From: Corallochytrium limacisporum Hawaii
Taxonomy: Eukaryota > Protista > Pluriformea
DNA: 64,000 nt
Direction: 5' to 3'
Assembly (NCBI GenBank): GCA_002811645.1
Contig: PDIP01000087.1
Coordinates: 62,001 to 126,000 of the forward strand
Position numbers and translations under genes: made by a program. Positions 31,575-41,865 of this stretch are shown in pieces; position 1 is the stretch's first letter; the number at the start of each line of letters is the position of its first letter. The notes beneath the pieces were generated by a model. That model was not told where the DNA came from, searched no databases, and saw only the letters and a list, made by a program, of their open reading frames with translations.

Positions 31575-32023
31575 CTGTACAATAGAAAGCGTAGTAACGA
31601 AACGAAAATCTGATGTTAGTGAATGTTCGAAGGAAGAGAGTTTTTGGTTTTTGATCTGTCGTCTGGAACGCACAGAAAAGGGACAGGAACAGAAACTGAG
31701 AGAAAAAGAATGGTGCAGGTGGCGTTAAACTCTTTCAACAGAAACTCGAATGGTCCATTGCATGTCAAGGTTTGATAATAATTGTCTCAGAGGTAGTGAC
31801 AAAGAAATATCCTCGATCCACATTACTCGAAAAGAGTTAAGGACAAATGAAGAGGAAAACTTGTTTCCATCACTGACGACACCTGACACACTATTTCCCA
31901 TCCATGTCGCTCGGAATGTTCATAGCTCACCCAGCCACTTCTTATTCTAAATCCAGTACTGTTTCCCGCCTCCTGTTTTGTGGCTGCAAATAAACAAATC
32001 AACAACTAAATCTAGATACTTAC
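31575..32023 (-). other. Spliceosomal intron of NOP58 (449 nt, phase 1)
   Basis: 5' GTAAGT, branch point CACTAAC (31615-31621), pyrimidine tract and CAG acceptor. Splicing gives in-frame ...LESLITG|[13 protein letters not shown]... Confidence 0.92.
31781..31880 (-). ncRNA. SNORD70: Intronic box C/D snoRNA, SNORD70 (HBII-234)-like, predicted guide for the 18S rRNA Am512-equivalent
   Basis: Box C-like GUGAUGG (31873-31867), box D CUGA (31790-31787) and a terminal GUC/GAC stem. The guide UUGUCACUACCU directly upstream of box D is complementary to conserved 18S AGGUAGUGACAA. Confidence 0.85.
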
Positions 32024-32405
32024 CAGTGATTAGAGATTCCAACTGCATGCGGATGCAACGGATCAGCTCCAGGCTGGCTGCATCTGCCTGGCACTTCACT
32101 TTGAACTTATCCCGAATTGCGCTTCCCAGCTTGGAATCAGCCAACGCAAGAGTGTCCTTTGAATCTGTGTTTGCCTTCAAGAATTTTTTCAGTGTCTTGT
32201 CAATCTTACCCTCCGTAAGAGCGGTGGCAGATGCCAGGGCTTCCATGGTATCCTCATATTTCTGGAAAGCCTTCAGCTTCACAACCTTAGCGGCAGAGCT
32301 GGCATCATCAAAGTATTTGTAAATGTTGTCAGCATCCTTGACCTTACCGGTGTCCGAGACCTTGAACAGGGCCAAGCCTGCAGGGGTTTCGAACAGCACA
32401 AGCAT
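32024..32405 (-). CDS. NOP58: NOP58 exon 1
   Basis: MLVLFETPAG.ALFK, KLKAFQK and L.LADSKLG..I. The exon ends at the GTAAGT donor. Confidence 0.95.
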
Positions 32406-32654
32406 TTTATTCCCGGTACTTTACACCCGAAGTACTTATACCTTGTTGCCAATGATCAGATACGAATACACGCCTTCGTGGAAATAGTTAGCTTTGTGAA
32501 GTACCTTAAATCAGTGCAACATGATTCAACCGGAACATGGTACTGTGCGCCTGTCTATAGCGGCTTGTTTGACCTGACCCGCAAATACGGAGGACGTCTT
32601 GATTGATTCCCATTCCTTAACACGCAGCCTCTACTGTAAATCCAAAGACAAGAC

Positions 32655-32708
32655 CGTGCGTGTGTGTGTTTGTGTGTGTGTGCGTGCGTGCGTGTGCGTG
32701 CGTGTGTG
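32655..32708. repeat. Compound (GT)n/(GCGT)n microsatellite in the NOP58 upstream region
   Basis: Read directly from the sequence. Confidence 0.85.
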
Positions 32709-33862
32709 GCTCATTTGACCCGCTTTCCAAGCACTCCATGGCCGGCTTAGCTGGTCGCATTCCCGGCCCGCGATATCATTGAAGCCACCGGTCCGCAATT
32801 CCACACCCCAAACCCCCCCCCCTACTGAAGTGCTCGACACTTTGCGTTTTCCTTCGAACCCATTGTGGACCGGGCCATACTCCCTCCTCCGTGTGGACTT
32901 CACCTACACCGTTCCAGTATCCTCCCGCCCCCCCTTTCCTCCACCACGTGGTGTGTATGTGTGCCTGCAGCCAGTGGACTATGGTTTAAGAACCGGCAGG
33001 TGGCCTGGAAACTACAGGTGGGTCACATTTCCCGGGATCTGAGCTTCGTTCCACACTCTACGGCGACTCGCGGAAACAACCAGGCATGGTCGATCTTCAA
33101 TCCGCTGGTGCATTCAAAGGCTACAGCTGGTGAGAGCTGTGTGGTCGTATGATGGTGGAATTCGCCTCCTGAATGGTGTTTAAACCTCTCTCCTTGCGCA
33201 TAGAGGACTGCACGAGCCGAACTCAGCACCAGCTCCCGGGCACACTTTGGAGTACAACACCAACATGTCTTCATAACAATAAAATATACGGATATTCTAA
33301 ATTTACTATATGAAATTCATAACAGTAGTGTATTTTTGTATTTTTTACTCATATAATTGTTATATATATTTAAAATGACCGTATGAATATGTTTCACAGA
33401 CACCCCTCGCAACTCTCTTCTCACAGTTCCCAGGCCGTGCCCACTGTGTCCATCCAAGAGCTACTAGACCGAGACAACATCTGAGCTGAAAGTACATACT
33501 CATATGCTCACTATAGAATCCCCGGGTCCGCTCACCCAATGGGCGTTTTCTGTGGTCGCCGACTCTGCTGGACAATGGAGACCCACTGCATATCTGCACG
33601 CACCTCCTTCGACAATTGCAAAGTTTGTTCCACTTCCAGGGTATTGAAAAATGATTGAAAATGAAACTGCTCTATGTCTACGTGGAGGCACCCGGCTGTT
33701 GAAATTGCGGGAAAGCGAAATCAAGGACTCCTCCCACAATGGTCCTGCGCTTGAAAACTTGTACTAATACTCATCTTATTGACGCGAATACACAACAACC
33801 CCGCCCAGGTTCCTCCTCGATCTCTCTGCCCGTCTCCTTCCCCCCCCTCCCTTCCCTCCCCC

Positions 33863-34108
33863 NNNNNNNNNNNNNNNNNNNNNNNNNNNNNNNNNNNNNN
33901 NNNNNNNNNNNNNNNNNNNNNNNNNNNNNNNNNNNNNNNNNNNNNNNNNNNNNNNNNNNNNNNNNNNNNNNNNNNNNNNNNNNNNNNNNNNNNNNNNNNN
34001 NNNNNNNNNNNNNNNNNNNNNNNNNNNNNNNNNNNNNNNNNNNNNNNNNNNNNNNNNNNNNNNNNNNNNNNNNNNNNNNNNNNNNNNNNNNNNNNNNNNN
34101 NNNNNNNN
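33863..34108. other. Assembly gap (N run)
   Basis: N run flanked by a C-rich tract on the left and a G-rich tract on the right. Confidence 1.
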
Positions 34109-35022
34109 GGGGGCCCGGCGGGGGAGGGGGGGGGGAGCACCCGCACCAGACAAGGAAGGTGACACAAGACAAGACAGGAAAATCGCCCCGTGCTGGTGGT
34201 TCCCCCTTCTCAAGAGGTCCGGGGATATAAGTGAAGTGCCACTGAACGTTGTTGACGGCCGCAAGAGAGGTGCACACCCGCGCAGACCAAAGTGCGTCCG
34301 CGGTTTGTTGGACCCCCCAAGTTTCTCTCGATTCTCTCACTTCTCGGTCGGTGGCCTTTGTATTTCTAAATTGTTTTCATTGCCTTCCGAGGAGCAAAGA
34401 AAATCCCCATATATTCACTATACCAGAAACTGCTTGAACGAATGAGGACTTTGGGCGAAGTGCGGTCGGGGAGGAAGGGGGCTTCAATTGAATCCCATCT
34501 TCTTCCCCCCCCCTCCGCTTCACTTCCCTTTCCTCCGCTGTCTGTACTGCACCTACGCTCCCGCGCAAGCTAACAACCCCCCCCCCTCCTGCGCCGGGCC
34601 CGCCTTTTTGACAGCCAATCGCTTGGGACCGAACTGGCTCGTCATTTGACAAATTGGTTCGGCTCTCCTTCATTTACGGTGTGGCGCTGATGCGGTGCGT
34701 TTGTCCTGGGACACCAGACTACGGGAGTGGTTGGCGATAGGTTGTCTTCAGATTCCATATCCCGGACCTGAAGGGGTTTGTGGAATGTATTTCAGCACAT
34801 TAATGAGCCGTCTATCCAGAATGCAATGGGAAGGTCACGATACTTACATTACGCCACAGAACTGTAATCTATCAGTACTCCTCGGTTCGTTTCGACGGCA
34901 AATAGCAAAGATCAGGGCGACAGTGAACGGAAAACCATTAACGTCTGGTGATATGATATAGGAACCCAGAACATTAGAAACTGAGAGTAGTGTGTACCTC
35001 ATACAGAAACAAATCATATTCC

Positions 35023-35721
35023 ATGTCTTCCATGACATGGGCTAAGACTTCTGACATAGTTACAGGGGACCAGGCCGGCCGGGGGTCACCCGCAAAGCGA
35101 TATACAGAGTCAGACCCGAAGCAGGATGGTACACCCAAGTTAGCTAAATTGGATCACAGCCAGCAAAATAGCGGGAAAATTGTGAACAGACTTCTGAAAC
35201 CCATAGAACCCACGGGCAGCACCATGGAAGAGGACGGATTCGTCTTGGAAGGCCGAGACGATCGGGTGATCCTAGGTCGTCGCTGCGGAGGATTACTTCA
35301 GCGCAAGGCTGCAGATGGACAGAACTCTGATGAAGTCACTTCCTTTGACGCACTGCGGGTGCCTAGCATTACTGTTGTTGGGTATGTTGATCGTATCCTG
35401 CGCTATGCACCGTGCTCATCTGCGTGCTTTGTGTTTAGTTATATTTGGCTTCAACGACTAGAGCAGCGCTACAAAGCCCTTAGAATCAACAGTCTTAATG
35501 TACATCGTTTGCTCATTACCATGATCATGGTGGCAGCGAAATACTTTGACGATCGGTACTATAATAATGCATACTATGCAAAGGTGGGAGGAATATCGAA
35601 GGAGGAAATAAATCATCTGGAACTGGAACTGCTGACCTTGATGAGATTTGATCTGTGGGTCAGCGTTGATGACTTCTCGAAGGCGAGCAATGAGCTTTTG
35701 GAGCAGCCGGATCCGGAATAA
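35023..35721 (+). CDS. Pho80/Pcl-like cyclin (cyclin P/U family)
   Basis: F....VPSITV..Y..RI.RYAPCS, NSLNVHRLLIT..MVAAKYFDD.YYNNAYYAKVGGI and N.LELE.L....FDL.V. First ATG is at 35023. Confidence 0.9.
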   Translation: MSSMTWAKTSDIVTGDQAGRGSPAKRYTESDPKQDGTPKLAKLDHSQQNSGKIVNRLLKPIEPTGSTMEEDGFVLEGRDDRVILGRRCGGLLQRKAADGQNSDEVTSFDALRVPSITVVGYVDRILRYAPCSSACFVFSYIWLQRLEQRYKALRINSLNVHRLLITMIMVAAKYFDDRYYNNAYYAKVGGISKEEINHLELELLTLMRFDLWVSVDDFSKASNELLEQPDPE

Positions 35722-36346
35722 TGGGAGATGAACTGGAACGGATACCCAATATCGACAGTCGTCAATGGAGCCATCCCCATGATATCATTTATTCATCGGA
35801 TATTCATCTATCGTACGTGCATGCCACTGCACACAGCAGCACAGCCCCATGTAGCAGACGAAAACGCACGTCATGTACCAGACTGGAGGGATAAGGACAT
35901 GCGGCGAGCATGAGACGCTCTTGGTGAAATCAACACTAGGAAACAGAGAACATCAACACCTTGTTTGCCCATTGTCTTGTCGTATTAGCGATACAGACGA
36001 TTTCCGACACCTGGTTTGTCTCCCAATTTCAAACGATAAAGAAAAACGTTCTATATGGCCATTAAAATGATTCCCAGCAGTGTCGGTGTTAAAGATGCCG
36101 ATGTTTCGGATGAGCGCGGATGCAGGGGACCTTTTGAGTCCGTGTTACCCTCCCCTCCCGCTCGCAAGTACCGAAGCATCGGGTTTGGTAACCCCATGGC
36201 TGCCGTTCTATCCAAGGTATTTGCTTGTTCGTCCTAAAGGTAAGCTTATCTCCCATCGGAAAGCAGGTGGAAGCGAAAATGTAAATCATTGATAGGAATG
36301 GGACCATAGTGGAATACAAACACCGCTATGACAGTTGCACCAAACC

Positions 36347-37183
36347 ATGACGTTCAAGTCACTGCAAGATGCAGTGAAGGACGGTCTCAAACTGTCCCCA
36401 AGCGGTCCCCTTGAAGACATTACAAAGCATGAGGGAAGGCACAAGTGCGAAACGTGCGGAAAACGTCAGGCATTTTACTGTGCATATTGTATCAAGCCGT
36501 TCACGTCGACCGTTCCCCGCGTGGATACACCGATCAGGCTGATCATTGCCCGGCACAAAGCTCAGCAGGAGTCAAACTCTTCTGTAATTCCTCTGCGTTT
36601 GCTGAATCCAGACCAGACCCAGCTTTATTTGTACAACCAGAACTCTCAGAAACAGTTGGAAATTGAACAGCAGGTGCTCTCAAGCCATGAACGGGACCGG
36701 TGTCTTGTTCTGTATCCTTCGGTCAATGCGATTCCCTTGGAGGACGTGACCGCAGACCAGTTCAATCACTATCAATCGCTGGTCGTCCTTGACTGTCGCT
36801 GGAGCGTTGCCTCTGGTATGGCCACTCGACCACCCTACGCGGATATGCAGCACGTTTCACTCGGTCGATTTGCATCAAAGTCTCTGTTCTGGCGGTGTAC
36901 AATGCGTGACGAGGGCGGGTTCATGTGCAGTTTAGAGGCGATCTACGTCTTCCTCAGACGCAGATTTGACGTGCTGTGCCCGGACATTGACTACGATGGA
37001 CGGTACGATGATCTGCTATGGTATTTCATGTACCAGCGAAACCTCATCATCAGACAATACAAGGAAGTGCCCCGCCTTCGGGACCAGCCGACGCGCCAAT
37101 TAAATCGCTTTGGATATGCGCTCGCTCAAGATCACAAACCAGACGAAGCTCACCTAGAAGAGAAGAAACGGTGTGATAAATGA
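36347..37183 (+). CDS. DTWD1: DTW-domain protein (tRNA-uridine aminocarboxypropyltransferase, DTWD1-like)
   Basis: N-terminal CxxC...FYCxxC, VLYPS..A, LDCRW (DxTW-like), S.FWR, LEAIY.F and YDDLLWYF. Confidence 0.75.
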   Translation: MTFKSLQDAVKDGLKLSPSGPLEDITKHEGRHKCETCGKRQAFYCAYCIKPFTSTVPRVDTPIRLIIARHKAQQESNSSVIPLRLLNPDQTQLYLYNQNSQKQLEIEQQVLSSHERDRCLVLYPSVNAIPLEDVTADQFNHYQSLVVLDCRWSVASGMATRPPYADMQHVSLGRFASKSLFWRCTMRDEGGFMCSLEAIYVFLRRRFDVLCPDIDYDGRYDDLLWYFMYQRNLIIRQYKEVPRLRDQPTRQLNRFGYALAQDHKPDEAHLEEKKRCDK

Positions 37184-37226
37184 CTCTTGTATACTATAAA
37201 GATAATTCACAGTAGCAATCCGAAAT

Positions 37227-38663
37227 TTACTGTACAATCGCCGTCAGAGTTTCCGGCATGGTGTGGAAGGTCTTAACTGCATCTCTGAGTACGGAGGGAT
37301 CAATGCTCATGCGCACCGGGATGTACTCCTTGGATACCCGTGCATCGTACCCCGACGAATGTCTGACCAACCCGAGCAATAGAAGCATTTCGAAGGCCAA
37401 AAGACCTGTCTCTGGTTTGACCTGGAAGTTGATCTTTCCCCGAGATCGCAGTTCCACGTACTGATCCCAGACTAGGGCAAATGTGCATGTGCGTTCACTG
37501 CGATTGAACTCCGCGTGCTTGACTGCAATGAGCATCAGCATTTCCACCAGGGTTAAGCTCATGAGGGTATGCTTGACTTGATCCGATGCCATACCCGGTC
37601 CTGTGAGAGCGTTCCGCAGACCTTTGGCAGTGAGGGTAGGAATGTGAGCTTCGTCCATAGCCACCGACCCATGTCTTTGACGCAGATCGAGCATGGCCTG
37701 CAGCAAGAAGCGATGGATATCGCAGGGGCTGTTGCCGTAGACAGCGGCCCATTGTTCAAAGGTCAGGTCCTGGCCACCATCGGACAGTTCCGACAGGCAC
37801 TGACTCACGCTTTCGTTCCACTGGTCAACGAAACGACGCAGGGATGAGCTCGCCTTCACATCTGGTTCGATTAACTCGTTTGCTTTCACCGTAAGAATAG
37901 CTCGACAGTGCTGCTTGATTGCCAGAATCCGTGCATTTGTGAACTTTCCAGAGGATTCCTGAGGGGATACTTCGGGAACATATCTGATCAACATGCCATG
38001 AAAACGAGAAGCGACGCGCTTTTCAAAAGCGTCGCGGAAGTCACCATAGTTGTCAGTGATGCCCAGAATGTAAAGCTTGAGATTATGTGCCATGCGCATG
38101 TTGAAGAGGTGGTAGATCAAGTTTTGAGTTGCGCTATTGTAGACAAATCCATCCAAGTCGTCAATGACCAGTACACATCCGGTGGGCAGCCTACGGAAAT
38201 CAGCCATAATGTGCTCGTAGATGTTCTCTTCATCCTGCTCTGCTTCCTCCATGTCCAGATCAATGCCTTCCGTCTTCAATTGCCTAGCGATCTCAAGTAG
38301 CGCTTGCCTGTCGTTCTCGACCATACAACCGTAGATCTGAATCACTGCTACCGTCTGCACGGTCTGTCGGTACTGGTCTAGCACTCTGCGCACAAAGGCA
38401 CTTTTGCCGCTGCCACGCGGGCCGGTTACGATCCCCACTTCGCAATGTCCCTGATCAAGAGCCTTGGTAATATCGCGCAAAAGTGAAGCCTCCTGCGTGA
38501 CCATCGAAGAGTTCGTTCGCAGGACATGATCAGCGACATCAATAGGTCCCAGAGAACACTTGCGTGCAATTTCACGATGTATCCGATCGAAGACACCTTT
38601 CGGTAAGTCAAGCTCTAGTGGCTCTCTCACAGCCGTCGCGTTTTGTTTGGTAATAGACGGCAT
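37227..38663 (-). CDS. ORC4: Origin recognition complex subunit 4
   Basis: Walker A GPRGSGKS, ND..AL.EIARQL, VIDDLD.F....Q.LIY.LF, EKRVASRF and L.SLT.VE..MLIA. Confidence 0.85.
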   Translation of the reverse strand: MPSITKQNATAVREPLELDLPKGVFDRIHREIARKCSLGPIDVADHVLRTNSSMVTQEASLLRDITKALDQGHCEVGIVTGPRGSGKSAFVRRVLDQYRQTVQTVAVIQIYGCMVENDRQALLEIARQLKTEGIDLDMEEAEQDEENIYEHIMADFRRLPTGCVLVIDDLDGFVYNSATQNLIYHLFNMRMAHNLKLYILGITDNYGDFRDAFEKRVASRFHGMLIRYVPEVSPQESSGKFTNARILAIKQHCRAILTVKANELIEPDVKASSSLRRFVDQWNESVSQCLSELSDGGQDLTFEQWAAVYGNSPCDIHRFLLQAMLDLRQRHGSVAMDEAHIPTLTAKGLRNALTGPGMASDQVKHTLMSLTLVEMLMLIAVKHAEFNRSERTCTFALVWDQYVELRSRGKINFQVKPETGLLAFEMLLLLGLVRHSSGYDARVSKEYIPVRMSIDPSVLRDAVKTFHTMPETLTAIVQ

Positions 38664-38837
38664 TGCTGCGTAGTATATGTAGATGCTCTTCTGTACGAAT
38701 CTATTATGTGATGCACTGCCAGTGCTTGCTCAAATACCCGGAAACTGTAACGAATGCCCTGACACTCACTGCTGAGATCACCAGGCAGTCGAACGGGATA
38801 CGGTCTCATTGGGGGACACCCGTCGTACCTTGCAAGT

Positions 38838-38845
38838 TTTCGCGC
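38838..38845. promoter_or_regulatory. E2F-type site TTTCGCGC about 175 nt upstream of ORC4
   Basis: Consensus match, followed by GATTGG (reverse CCAAT) and a G-run. Confidence 0.45.
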
Positions 38846-39318
38846 GCAGGATTGGGGGGGGGGGACCTAAGAAATATATTTCGAAGAGTTCCTGGGAAGA
38901 ATATACTGAGATTAGGTGATTGGAAAATGTGGCTGAATCTTAAAGTAGATCTCGAGTAGTGAATATACCACCCGATTACGCACACCGAAAACTCTGTCTT
39001 CGCCACTGTTTTAGTTTTCAGGGCAGGGGGATTCGTGAGGCAGCCCGGTTGATACGCAGCAAAAATGGCCTGTTTGCGGGGCATCTCAATAGCCACCGAG
39101 ACACGACTTGTCCCAGAGAACGCTGCTCTGGTCTGCTTCGCTGTAGATAGTGCAAGGGTTCGTACCATACAGATCAGAAAATCTATTTGATAGGTCGTAA
39201 CTGCAAGACGTTGTGAAAGGTTAGTGTTCAGAAGTATGCATCTTCCTGTGCTGAACAAACGGAAACACGAAGGGCATCTCAAAACAAGAAAAACACTGAA
39301 ACATTCTAACACACAACG

Positions 39319-40200
39319 ATGAAGGTCGTGGAATATCGTATTCCCATGCCGCTGGAGGTCAAAGAGTACAAAGTGGGCCAGTTGTACATGATTTCACGCC
39401 ACACCGTTGAACAGGTCGAGAAGGGCACGATGGTGGACGTCATTGCTAACGAACCGTGCGAGTCACCAGAGAATGGCCCTGGACAGTACACGGAGAAGAA
39501 TATTCATCTACAGAGCCGTTTGCCAGCATGGCTGACATCTATACTTCCGAAAGTTTTTTACATCACAGAGCGGGCATGGAATCACTATCCTTACACAATC
39601 ACACGACACACATGTTCCTTTGTGCCCGGGTTTAGCGTGGAGATCGAAACATTCTTTGCCAATGACAGCGGTAAGGACGGCACAGATCACCACTTCACGC
39701 CAGAAGAGGACAAAGAGCTGCGAGCAAAGCATCAGGCGAAGTGGAACGAAAAGAATCCGGACCGTACTGTCGTGCATATTGACATCGTCAATGATGCTCC
39801 ATACCGTGAGTCCATGGCGAAAACGGACCCCTCGCTCAAAGACTTCACCTGCGAGAAGGTCAACCGTGGACCCTGGGAAGGTAATACATGGATGGACGGC
39901 ACTGAACCTATCATGTGCTCCTATAAGTGTGTCAGTGTAATCTTTAGCTGGTGGGGCTTCCAGACTAGAGTAGAGGACTTGATCCACAGCGTTGTACAGG
40001 ACGTACTCCTGCTAGGTCATCGGCAAGCTGTGGCATGGATGAATGAATGGATCGAAATGAGTGTGGAGGACGTGAGACAGTACGAGAAGGACATGATTGC
40101 CAAGATTGAAGCTGAGAAGGCAGCAGCGCAGGCAGCAGCGCAGGCGGCAGCACTGGAGGGAACGCAGGCGAGGACTTCAACGGAGCCGGCTCCGCAGTAG
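39319..40200 (+). CDS. PITPNC1: Phosphatidylinositol transfer protein, RdgB-beta/PITPNC1 type
   Basis: EYRIPMPL, EY.VGQLYMI, GQYTEK.IHL.SRLP.W, TERAWNHYPYTIT, CSF.P, PIMCSYK and LLLGHRQA.AW..EW. Confidence 0.88.
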   Translation: MKVVEYRIPMPLEVKEYKVGQLYMISRHTVEQVEKGTMVDVIANEPCESPENGPGQYTEKNIHLQSRLPAWLTSILPKVFYITERAWNHYPYTITRHTCSFVPGFSVEIETFFANDSGKDGTDHHFTPEEDKELRAKHQAKWNEKNPDRTVVHIDIVNDAPYRESMAKTDPSLKDFTCEKVNRGPWEGNTWMDGTEPIMCSYKCVSVIFSWWGFQTRVEDLIHSVVQDVLLLGHRQAVAWMNEWIEMSVEDVRQYEKDMIAKIEAEKAAAQAAAQAAALEGTQARTSTEPAPQ

Positions 40201-41142
40201 TCTGCGTGAAAACTTGTAACTTCACATACTCTTCTATGTATATAGTGCCATACATGTATATTTTGTCATATGTTTAGCATGGTCTTGAATTAATCAATGC
40301 TTCATAAAGGAGGCAAGAGGAAAACGGGTCCATACTTACCAACTCCAGCACCTCACTACAGAACAGCCCTGCAAATAGGCCCCCGTTTACAGCCTTAAGA
40401 AACCGGATTGCTCGCTGTCCATTTCTTGTGACCCCTCCCCGGCCCCCCCTTAATATTATCACCCCTTCTTTTGAAAGGGTCGCTGGCCCGATGAAACGAA
40501 AAGGGGAGATCCTGCGCGATTCCGAAGTGCTTTAGGGGGCGGCCAAAGGACATAAAGAGATTAGGGGGAGGAGGGGGGGGGGGGGTTGGAATAGAAGCGA
40601 ACAGGGTCTGGTTGCCAACCGGAGCGGGAAGAGAGCATGGGCCCCTACTCACCCTGCCAGTTCCAACCAGCCTGTCGGCGAAAAAAAGCCACGATTTCAG
40701 TTCTGAACCAGGGAGCCTTGGAGGTATGCATGTGGTGGACCGTGGCGTTTCCTCCTTCTCCGCCCGTTCGGACGAGCGCACCACGGCGGGCGGGTTTTCC
40801 GAGGAGGTTGGCAGGTCAAAATCCCCATCACTGCAACAGGGGTCGATAGGTCTGAAGGATTGAATCTGCTAGTCGTGCTTCCTTGTTTTGGTTCTTTGGT
40901 GTTTTTCCTGTGTAAACAATTGACATCAAAGATTCTTGTGGAATGGCTGTCCATGTTCATTTGTGTTCAGCCGAAACTTCTTTCCGATCTGCGAAGGTAG
41001 ATCAAAGTAAGCAGGAGTCTCAAAACTGTCCCATCCTACCGACAGCTGTATCAATCAACGGACAGGCTCACGAATACAAAGTTTCTTGAAAGTGAACAAG
41101 AGATTTTCTCGTGTTCAACAGTTGGAACTTTAGATCTTCAGC

Positions 41143-41337
41143 ATGCTCGGAACCGCTACAATCGCGGCGATTATCGTCGCCGCCGTCTTGGGCCTGATCA
41201 TTCTGGTAGGCATTATGCAGTATTGCTTCTGCCCCAAGGCGTTCAGTAAGTACGACCAGGAAGAAATTGACATTGAGGGATCAAAAGATAGCAACCACAG
41301 CCTGGAAGAGCATCAGGTCGAGTCAGTGTATGCATAA
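41143..41337 (+). CDS. Small single-pass membrane protein (64 aa)
   Basis: ATG start, a strongly hydrophobic N-terminal helix, Cys motif YCFCP and an acidic tail. It lies downstream of a G-run promoter-like region. Confidence 0.55.
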   Translation: MLGTATIAAIIVAAVLGLIILVGIMQYCFCPKAFSKYDQEEIDIEGSKDSNHSLEEHQVESVYA

Positions 41338-41865
41338 GATGATGTCGAGTTTTAGCATACTAGCTTTCCGCCACTCAATGAGGGAAAGTAGTCGGGCTCC
41401 ATTGACACAGCCCCGGTTGTAACCTTGTGTTGCCTCCGTAATTCATTATACATTATCGTTCCATTGAATACAGCTGTTTTGAATGCTTTTGAATTATCAG
41501 ATCAAGCTGTCGAGCTCCTCGGGGTTGAGGCTCTCCGCTGACCAATGACTGGGACCCGCTGCGATTGACTTGGCCCCCCTTCTTCTCCTCGCACACCACA
41601 CCCACACCCCCCCCCCGGGGGGACGGGCGAGGGGTTGGGGCCAGTCGGCTCCTCTTTCTAGGTTAGGTGTAATGATTCTTGGGTACTTCAACCATGATTT
41701 ATTGCGCGCATGCCTTCTCATGACTTCACATATAGATAAACTCTCGCCGTTTGTATATAAGCGTCAAGCGAATGTAAATTCTGATTCCATGGACGGAGCG
41801 CTTTGAACTAGCAACTATGTTGACGCAAACATAATATGTTGGTAATTTGATCAGAAAATATTACA

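Noticed and set aside
31947-32023. ORF-track extension of NOP58 exon 1 (KYLDLVV...QYWI)
   Set aside because: This is read-through into the intron past the GTAAGT donor.
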